Positions 24,796-31,087 of a stretch of 31,087 nt of DNA are shown here, one piece after another. How positions within the stretch are numbered: the first letter of the stretch is position 1; every line of letters begins with the position of its first letter. The position numbers and the translations under genes were made by a program. Origin of the DNA: Spirochaetales bacterium (GTDB lineage: Bacteria; Spirochaetota; Spirochaetia; SZUA-6); contig QILZ01000160.1 of the NCBI GenBank assembly GCA_003233545.1, forward strand, positions 1-31,087, in the 5' to 3' direction. Below the pieces are notes generated by a model. The model worked only from the letters and a program-made list of their open reading frames with translations, did not search any database and was not told the DNA's origin.

Positions 24796-25671
24796 ATGAG
24801 TGCGGATATAGGCTGGATAGGAACGGGAGTAATGGGGAAATCGATGTGCATGCATATTCTAAAGAAAGGGTACAGAGTCTTTGTTTACAACAGAACAGAG
24901 GAAAAAGCCGGCGAGCTGATTAAAAACGGTGCCGAATGGTGTAATTCGCCGGAAGCTGTAGCTGCAAAAAGCAGGTATATTTTTTCCATAGTCGGTTATC
25001 CTTATGATGTCCGGGAAGTCATGTTCGGGGACAGCGGTATTTTTAAAAGTATTCTTAAAGGGTCGGTTCTGATCGACATGACAACATCGGAACCTTCGCT
25101 TGCCGAAGAGATATACGGGAAAGCCGGGGCTCTCGGTGTATCTTCTCTCGATGCACCGGTATCCGGCGGTGATGTGGGAGCGCGCGAAGCTAAACTTGCC
25201 ATTATGGTGGGGGGCGACAGAAAGAGCTTTGACGAAGTTTTACCCCTGTTTAAGCTTATGGGAAAAAATATCAGCTATATGGGCGGAGCAGGTGCCGGAC
25301 AGCATACGAAGATGAGCAACCAGATACTGATATCAACATCCATGATAGGTGTTGTGGAATCATTGCTCTATGCACAGAAGGCCGGTCTGGATCAGAGAGA
25401 AATGCTCGATATAGTCGGAAAAGGGGCGGCGGCATCCTGGTCTTTTAATAATTACGGTCCGAGAATTATTAAGGGAGATTACGATCCCGGTTTTTTTATT
25501 AAACACTTTATCAAGGATATGGGGATTGCTCTCGATGAGGCAAAGAAGATGAACCTTTCTTTGCCAGGGCTTGCTCTTGCAAATCAGTTTTACATTGCGG
25601 CTGCTGCCATGGGGCTCGAAAATGCCGGCACGCAGGCCCTTTATAAAGTATTGGAAAGGCTCAATTCGTAG
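24796..25671 (+). CDS. NAD(P)-dependent beta-hydroxyacid dehydrogenase (3-hydroxyisobutyrate dehydrogenase/GarR/YkwC family)
   Basis: GWIGTGVMG Rossmann motif, DAPVSGG and GAGQHTKMSNQ (catalytic Lys). Start revised to 24796 after SD GGAGG. Confidence 0.9.
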   Translation: MSADIGWIGTGVMGKSMCMHILKKGYRVFVYNRTEEKAGELIKNGAEWCNSPEAVAAKSRYIFSIVGYPYDVREVMFGDSGIFKSILKGSVLIDMTTSEPSLAEEIYGKAGALGVSSLDAPVSGGDVGAREAKLAIMVGGDRKSFDEVLPLFKLMGKNISYMGGAGAGQHTKMSNQILISTSMIGVVESLLYAQKAGLDQREMLDIVGKGAAASWSFNNYGPRIIKGDYDPGFFIKHFIKDMGIALDEAKKMNLSLPGLALANQFYIAAAAMGLENAGTQALYKVLERLNS

Positions 25672-25734
25672 CTGTACCGGGCGACAGCGGTACAGCTAGC
25701 GAGTAAAGGCATGCATACCGGTACAGCCAGCCAA
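25669..25734. repeat. Perfect 11-bp inverted repeat plus a third copy of one arm, between convergent genes
   Basis: TAGCTGTACCG(25669-79)/CGGTACAGCTA(25688-98) with an 8-nt loop; third arm CCGGTACAGC at 25718-27. Confidence 0.8.
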
Positions 25735-25766
25735 GCGAATGGAGGTATTGCGTTATAAGGGGCTCT

Positions 25767-26468
25767 TTAGTTTGTTTTTAACGTCTCGATCATATATCTG
25801 ATGTTGGAGCCTTTTTTATCTATCTCTTCTTTTTGAATGATAAAAATAACGGATCTCTTGTCGGGACCGAGTATAATCTCTTTAATCCTGTATTTCCTGA
25901 CCTTTTTTCGTTTATAGTTGGGCAGACCCACCTGATAGTGTTTCAGCTCCCCTGATTTTTCGGTAATGTTAACATCGAGATAGAATGACGAACTGACATT
26001 TTTCCCTTTACCCGAGGATGCCTGAACAAGGCGGATCGAGTAGCCTTTATTCAGCCGGAAATCTCTGAATTCAAGTTTTTCCTTTGGTTTTTCACCATCT
26101 ACAAAGAGATATAACAGCCTTCCCGTGACAAGATGATCAATTTTATATTTCTCTTTAAGGTCGACGGATTTTTCAAGAAGGTTAAAAAGGGCTCCTTCTC
26201 CCGTACTTCCGGGTTCTGACGGAATATCCGCTTCCGTACGCTTAACCCCGGATTTTACAAAGGTGTTGGATGCGACATCGACTAAAAAGATATCGGAGTA
26301 TGCGTTTGAGTTTTCTTCGAGGATTCCGAATTGTCCGAACATGAAATACTTTGCATCATTAGAAAATCCGAGATTTACAAATGTTGCGGTATCACCGGCA
26401 AATATTCTGCCTGTTCCTGCGGATACCATAAGCAGGACGGCGAATAGAAATAATCTCCTTTTACCCAT
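25767..26468 (-). CDS. DUF2259-family predicted secreted protein
   Basis: Signal peptide then GDTATFVNLGFSNDAKYFMFGQFG...YSDIFLVDVASNTFV, the DUF2259 N-terminal pattern as I recall it. Confidence 0.75.
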   Translation of the reverse strand: MGKRRLFLFAVLLMVSAGTGRIFAGDTATFVNLGFSNDAKYFMFGQFGILEENSNAYSDIFLVDVASNTFVKSGVKRTEADIPSEPGSTGEGALFNLLEKSVDLKEKYKIDHLVTGRLLYLFVDGEKPKEKLEFRDFRLNKGYSIRLVQASSGKGKNVSSSFYLDVNITEKSGELKHYQVGLPNYKRKKVRKYRIKEIILGPDKRSVIFIIQKEEIDKKGSNIRYMIETLKTN

Positions 26469-26533
26469 ACTTCCCCCTATAATGAATATCGAACTTTAAC
26501 CGGAATTATTTAGTTTCTCTTAACTAGTCCGGT

Positions 26534-27763
26534 TTACTCTCCTAATTTAACCGGAATCCAGCCTGCAGGATCTGCCATCGATTTCGGAACCCGGCCCATG
26601 GCCACTCTGTCGGTTACCTCCGTGTAGAGGTAATTTCTGCCGTTAAAATTGATTTTTGCTCCTTTGCCCCGTATCCCGATTCCTACTGCAGAGTGGTTGT
26701 ATTTTGAAGAAATCAGAAGTATGGAATCCACATCGATGTGGTGAAGCAGTATAAGGAAGAGTAATCCTCTCGAATCGCAGTCCCCGGTAAACTGTGATAC
26801 TGCAGAAAGGGGAGAAAGCAGATCGGAGATAGTGCCTGTCCGCATATACTTGAATCTCTGAACAAAGTTAAGCATATCCGTAATTGCTTTATTCCTGTTC
26901 TTTTCACCTTTAAAGAGGATCGAGTATAGTTTATCGAGCCTGTGATAGTTATCCCGGTAGATCATCCTGTAGAATCTCTTCCATGCCTTAACCGCATATT
27001 CGGATTCCGGTTTGTATCCGGAAAGCAGCCGTGCTTCCCTTTCCACAAGCACACCGGTTGCTTCTATCTCCTTCTGATCGAAGGGAAGAACGTACCTGTT
27101 GCCGCCTAACTGCACCGGGACAAGACGGTTTGTTTTCCCGATTTTCAGCCTGTCAGGTTTCTGCTTTCCGCCTGCTGTGACATTGGAAATGTAGTCTGCA
27201 GGATAGTAAAACTGGCTTACGGGACCCGGTAAAAGTCTTGCATTTTTATCGGGGGAAAAGGAATCCAGAGCGGACAGTACGGCATCATGATTATTATCAT
27301 AGTTTTCTAACCGGGAAAAGGTTAAAAGAGCGTAGTCGAAGCCGCCTTTACTGCCATTGATAAAGATAAAATATCCTCTTCTGTTCCTCCCGCCGCTTTT
27401 AAATTTCAGATCTGCAAAATAACTGTCTTTGCCTGAAAAAAGAAACGGTGCTCCGTCACCTGATGCGTTAAGCTGTTTTTTGACAAAATTAAAAATATCT
27501 TCAGCTTTCTTAAATGTATCCGGAGGAAATACTGTAATATTTAAGAAAGCGGTATTCCGGCTGTCGGAGTACGAGAGGTTCCGGTTATCCGAATCCTTAT
27601 TGTACGACTCTACGGGCTTCCACCCTTCCGGAAGGTCGATGTAGTAGCCCGGACCCTGTATATACAATTCTTCGGAAAATAATCCCGGCAGGTTAAACAG
27701 GAACAGAAGGAGCAATATAAAGAGCAGCTTTATACCTGCTAAAACGTTTTCGCGGCCAATCAA
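26534..27763 (-). CDS. Exported protein with a C-terminal transglutaminase-like (Cys-His-acid) domain
   Basis: Hydrophobic N-terminus; GDCDSRG, NHSAVGI and YTEVT form a TGase/cysteine-protease-like triad; TTG start. Confidence 0.65.
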   Translation of the reverse strand: MIGRENVLAGIKLLFILLLLFLFNLPGLFSEELYIQGPGYYIDLPEGWKPVESYNKDSDNRNLSYSDSRNTAFLNITVFPPDTFKKAEDIFNFVKKQLNASGDGAPFLFSGKDSYFADLKFKSGGRNRRGYFIFINGSKGGFDYALLTFSRLENYDNNHDAVLSALDSFSPDKNARLLPGPVSQFYYPADYISNVTAGGKQKPDRLKIGKTNRLVPVQLGGNRYVLPFDQKEIEATGVLVEREARLLSGYKPESEYAVKAWKRFYRMIYRDNYHRLDKLYSILFKGEKNRNKAITDMLNFVQRFKYMRTGTISDLLSPLSAVSQFTGDCDSRGLLFLILLHHIDVDSILLISSKYNHSAVGIGIRGKGAKINFNGRNYLYTEVTDRVAMGRVPKSMADPAGWIPVKLGE

Positions 27764-27798
27764 AATAATTCGAACCTCAGTCTATTAAGAGTTTCGAA

Positions 27799-28815
27799 CT
27801 ATTGGATATCGATCTCAAGGACTTTCGAAATTTTTTCGAGCTTTTCAAAGAGATTTTTAAATCTGTCAGGATTAAGCGACTGTTTGCCGTCCGATTTTGC
27901 AAGAAGAGGATCGGGATGTACTTCGATAATAAGTCCGTCCGCTCCGGCTGCCATCGATGCTAAGGATGCGGAATTAATATAGTGCCAGTCTCCCATGGAA
28001 TGACTTGGATCTATGATAACGGGAAGATGGCTGAAACGTTTAATAACAGGTACGGCAGCGATATCGAGAGTATTACGCGTCGCCGTTTCGAAGGTCCTTA
28101 TCCCGCGTTCGCAGAGAATTACCTCTGAGTTGCCCTCCTTCATAATATATTCCGCAGATAAAAGAAGTTCCTCTATCTTTGCCATCATGCTTCTCTTTAG
28201 TAGTATGGGCTTTTTAATCCTTCCCAATGCCTTAAGTAGTGCGAAGTTCTGCATATTCCGTGCACCTACCTGGAAGATATCGGTGTATCTGCCTACGAGT
28301 TCCACATCGTGAGCGGACAGAACTTCCGTAACAACTGCAAGCCCATGTCTGTCTGCGGAATCCCGCAGTATTTTAAGCCCGTCTTCCCCGAGGCCCTGAA
28401 ATGAATACGGAGAGGAACGCGGCTTAAAGGCACCTCCCCTGATAAACTTTAAATTAAGAGATTCGAGGAAAGAGGCGATAGTTTCCACCTGTTCTCTGTT
28501 TTCTACGGAGCAGGGACCTGCCATTACTGTAAATGTTCCCTTTCCGATTAGTTTTTCGTTTATCTTGATTACCGTATCATCGGGATGAAAATCCCGGGAT
28601 GCAAGTTTATAGGGTTTTAAAACGTGAAGAATCTGTTCTACGCCGGGAAGCTGGTTAAACTCCTCCTCCGGAATAGCCCTGTCGTCGCCTGTAATTCCCA
28701 CTATTGTCCTTAATGCCCCCCTGCTTATATGAGGATGAAATCCTATGGCTTCTATCTTTTTAACCGCATTATCTATATCTTTCTCTTTTGCATCGCTGCT
28801 GAAGATTAAAATCAT
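27799..28815 (-). CDS. aroF: DAHP synthase, class I-beta with an N-terminal regulatory domain (Thermotoga type)
   Basis: MAGPCSVE, RGGAFKPRSSPYSFQG, VGARNMQN, CERGIRTF, DPSHS, IEVHPDP and SDGKQSL. Confidence 0.95.
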   Translation of the reverse strand: MILIFSSDAKEKDIDNAVKKIEAIGFHPHISRGALRTIVGITGDDRAIPEEEFNQLPGVEQILHVLKPYKLASRDFHPDDTVIKINEKLIGKGTFTVMAGPCSVENREQVETIASFLESLNLKFIRGGAFKPRSSPYSFQGLGEDGLKILRDSADRHGLAVVTEVLSAHDVELVGRYTDIFQVGARNMQNFALLKALGRIKKPILLKRSMMAKIEELLLSAEYIMKEGNSEVILCERGIRTFETATRNTLDIAAVPVIKRFSHLPVIIDPSHSMGDWHYINSASLASMAAGADGLIIEVHPDPLLAKSDGKQSLNPDRFKNLFEKLEKISKVLEIDIQ

Positions 28816-28821
28816 GAGGTC

Positions 28822-28851
28822 AATCTAATCAGAAGAGAATGGATTTGTCAA
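28822..28851 (-). promoter_or_regulatory. Putative sigma70 promoter of aroF (leaderless)
   Basis: TTGACA-18nt-TAGATT, 6 nt before the ATG; no SD. Confidence 0.65.
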
Positions 28852-28880
28852 TTACTGTAGTTTTTTAAGATTTAAAGGGG

Positions 28881-28896
28881 CGGACAGGCATGTCCG
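28881..28896. terminator. Short hairpin downstream of nadE, possible weak terminator
   Basis: CGGACA-GGCA-TGTCCG; the U-tract is poor. Confidence 0.3.
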
Positions 28897-28917
28897 GTTA
28901 TATAGTCTGTGCAGATA

Positions 28918-30567
28918 TTATTTAATAGGTATTCTGCCGTATGCTGCTATGGGTATTCTTCTTCCCGTACCGAATGCCCGGGGGGAGACCTTTAAAACAA
29001 CCGGCGCCTGCCTTCTTTTGTATTCCGCCCTCTTTATCATTGTTATAACTCTTTCGACAAGACCGGATTTAAAACCTCTTTCCGATATTTTTTCCGTATC
29101 GAGGTTTTCGACAATGTAGAGGTGAATGATTTTATCCAGTATATCGTACGGAGGAAGAGTATCCTGGTCCGTCTGGTCCGGCCGTAATTCCGCGGAAGGC
29201 GGTTTGTTCAGTATTGCCCGGGGTATTATTTCTCCTGAATGGTTAATATAATCCGCAAGTTTATAAACTTCCGTCTTTAAAAGATCCCCTATTACTGCAA
29301 GGCTTCCTGCCATATCTCCGTACAGGGTACAGTAGCCGGTTGCAAGTTCCGATTTGTTCCCGGTTGCAAGGAGGAGCGACCTGTACTTATTGGAATATGC
29401 CATAAGAAGCGTACCGCGTATTCTTGCCTGAAGGTTCTCCTCCGTAATATCAGGGTCCCTGCCCCTGAACAGCGGTTTAAGACTATCGAGGTACGAGGTA
29501 AATATACTTTCTATCGGAAGATGCATAAGTTCTATTCCGAGATTATCCGCAAGTTTTTGGGCATCCTTAAGGCTGCCTTCGGAAGAGTAACGTGAGGGCA
29601 GGGCAAAGACTTTTACATTATCCGCACCCAGAGCCTTAACGGCAAGCACGGCCACTAAAGCGGAATCGATCCCCCCGGAGAGGCCGAGATGAACCCTGCA
29701 GAAACCGCATTTCTCGAGGTAATCCCGTATGCCCAGTATAAGCGCCCTTTCCAGTTCATCGTACTTTTCTCCGTTTAATCTAACCTCTGTTTTACTTTCC
29801 GTATCGACTATTACCAGTTCTTCATCGAATGCCTTACCGAGAAAGGTAAGCCTGCCGCTGCCGGATATAATCATTGACTGGCCGTCGAAGATCAGACTGT
29901 CGTTGCCTCCGACCATATTAACATATACAACACCGACTCCGGAGGATCTTCCTATGTGCGATAATAACCTGCAGCGAATTCGGGGCTTTCCTGCGTAGTA
30001 GGGGGAGGCGGATGGTACTAAAATCAGGGAAGCTCCCATATCCAGGAGGTCCTTAACGGGATCTACCGGGTACCTGACTCCCGCGGAAGGTTCTGTTTCC
30101 CACCATATGTCTTCGCAAATTGCTATTCCTATTTTCCTGCCCTTCCATCTGAATATTTTTCTCTCAGCAGCAGGTTCAAAGTATCGTGCTTCGTCGAAAA
30201 CATCATAAGTCGGGAGCAGGGTTTTTGCCTGGGTAAACAGTATCTGCCCTCCTTCTATTACGGACACGGTATTCATAAGTCTTTTGCCTGCAGCGGATTT
30301 GTTTTTATCCACATATCCGATTACTATACCCAGGCCGCGGGGTGTACCGTGCTGGATCTCGCGAAGAGCTTTGAGGTTTTTTTCTAAGAATGCCTCCTGG
30401 TCTAAGAGATCCATCGGGGGGTATCCGCATATGCTTAATTCGGGAAAAACGATTAGTTCCGGTTTTTTAAGGTCAGCCGCCGCTTTTTCCGTAAAGTGTA
30501 TTATCCTGTTTACATTGCCCTGAAAATCACCGATAACCGGATTAATCTGTCCCAATGCTATCTTCAA
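28918..30567 (-). CDS. nadE: Glutamine-dependent NAD+ synthetase
   Basis: Nitrilase domain with an intact E-K-C triad (FPELSICGY, KTLLPTYDVFDE, AICEDIW) and synthetase domain SGGIDSA, ENLQARIRG, TGNKSE, PSAELRPDQ, EYKRRQ. True start is TTG 30567 after SD AGGAG, not 30810. Confidence 0.96.
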   Translation of the reverse strand: MKIALGQINPVIGDFQGNVNRIIHFTEKAAADLKKPELIVFPELSICGYPPMDLLDQEAFLEKNLKALREIQHGTPRGLGIVIGYVDKNKSAAGKRLMNTVSVIEGGQILFTQAKTLLPTYDVFDEARYFEPAAERKIFRWKGRKIGIAICEDIWWETEPSAGVRYPVDPVKDLLDMGASLILVPSASPYYAGKPRIRCRLLSHIGRSSGVGVVYVNMVGGNDSLIFDGQSMIISGSGRLTFLGKAFDEELVIVDTESKTEVRLNGEKYDELERALILGIRDYLEKCGFCRVHLGLSGGIDSALVAVLAVKALGADNVKVFALPSRYSSEGSLKDAQKLADNLGIELMHLPIESIFTSYLDSLKPLFRGRDPDITEENLQARIRGTLLMAYSNKYRSLLLATGNKSELATGYCTLYGDMAGSLAVIGDLLKTEVYKLADYINHSGEIIPRAILNKPPSAELRPDQTDQDTLPPYDILDKIIHLYIVENLDTEKISERGFKSGLVERVITMIKRAEYKRRQAPVVLKVSPRAFGTGRRIPIAAYGRIPIK

Positions 30568-30655
30568 TTGTTTTCTCCTATATTTTGATAATAGTACGGA
30601 GAACAATCCGGTATCAAGCATGATTATATTATTTTTTGGTTTGGCTGGCAGGTTA

Positions 30656-30683
30656 TTGTCATTTGGGTATATTAACGTATAAT
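30656..30683 (+). promoter_or_regulatory. Putative sigma70 promoter of the DUF59 gene (leaderless)
   Basis: TTGTCA-16nt-TATAAT, 7 nt before GTG 30691. Confidence 0.6.
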
Positions 30684-30690
30684 TATATTT

Positions 30691-30963
30691 GTGGATAAAG
30701 AAATGATCGAAAAGCTGGATAGGATTCTCGATGCTGTAAAAGATCCGGAGAGTGAACTGCCGATTTCCCGGCTTGGCCTTGTAAAAAGATTCCGGTACAG
30801 TAAAAAACACGGAATACTATACGTTTTTACCGATTTTTTAAGTCACAGGCCTTCATGCAAGACATGTTCGGGAATATCGATGCTTATAGAATCCTCCATT
30901 ACCGGTAATCTTAAAAATGCTCTGGAAAAAGAATTTCCTGAGCTTTCCATACGGATTGTATAA
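30691..30963 (+). CDS. DUF59/MIP18-like iron-sulfur cluster assembly protein
   Basis: AVKDPESELPISRLGLV matches the DUF59 DPE...LGLV pattern; CKTC at the usual Cys position. ATG 30703 is an alternative start. Confidence 0.75.
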   Translation: MDKEMIEKLDRILDAVKDPESELPISRLGLVKRFRYSKKHGILYVFTDFLSHRPSCKTCSGISMLIESSITGNLKNALEKEFPELSIRIV

Positions 30964-31087
30964 TTAGTGTCCGACCAAAAACCCATTTTTAGTTGAATTT
31001 CGACAGAATTATAATCTCTGCCGGTCTGGAATTATTCTTTTTTTTATATTTTTAGATTTTAAATAAATATTTGATTTCAGAATTAAA

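Noticed and set aside
26493-26556. Repeated TTTAACCGGAAT 12-mer and an AACCGGA/TCCGGTT stem between the TGase-like and DUF2259 genes
   Set aside because: One copy is coding sequence and the stem is interrupted; compatible with chance or a weak terminator.
30646-30660. TGGCAGGTTATTGTC upstream of DUF59 as a sigma54 site
   Set aside because: Spacing is one base short and -12 GC is GT; a sigma70 promoter explains the region better.
30568-30810. 81-aa N-terminal extension of NadE
   Set aside because: It overlaps the divergent DUF59 gene. The nitrilase domain begins at LKIALGQIN, where a TTG has a good SD.
1-31087. CRISPR arrays, tRNA/rRNA genes, IS elements, prophage or defence genes, recoded stops or frameshifts
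   Set aside because: None seen by eye. All recognised genes appear intact and intergenic gaps are short; tRNAscan, Rfam and CRISPR scans were not run.

Overview
A 31-kb chromosomal segment, most likely from a Spirochaetota (Spirochaetales-like) bacterium. The assignment is inferred from the 'FAGGxxE' binding-protein N-terminus, DUF2259, the RlpA-like/SPOR protein, the archaeal/eukaryote-type ProRS and the PPi-type PFK. It is densely coding, and I saw no rRNA, tRNA, CRISPR array, transposase or integrase. Housekeeping genes are ligA, manA, proS, pfp, aroF, Gln-dependent nadE and a BMP-family (nucleoside-type) ABC transporter. Between about 11.4 and 18.9 kb lies a mosaic of short, separately promoted metabolic units: an EamA exporter, an LsrG-like protein, amtB-PII, DsrE plus GT2, an IolN-like hydrolase and an ARMT1/DUF89 phosphatase. 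The ORF track missed a large 3'-truncated gene at 1-1393 (-), which encodes a signal peptide, VWA, TM, degenerate FHA and TM protein. The best leads are mostly regulatory: (i) a near-consensus sigma54 promoter with two tandem candidate enhancer sites before amtB-PII, whose PII lacks Tyr51; (ii) an orphan IolN-like gene preceded by a LacI-type operator and a ~69-nt leader hairpin; (iii) a BMP promoter whose predicted start lies in an A9 tract flanked by a TGATA-N8-TATCA palindrome; (iv) several apparently leaderless genes. Several proteins also have lost canonical motifs (RlpA Asp, FHA Arg/SxxH, DAACS NMDGT). Family assignments come from recognised motifs, not database searches. I found no unambiguous complete novel system, only candidates.
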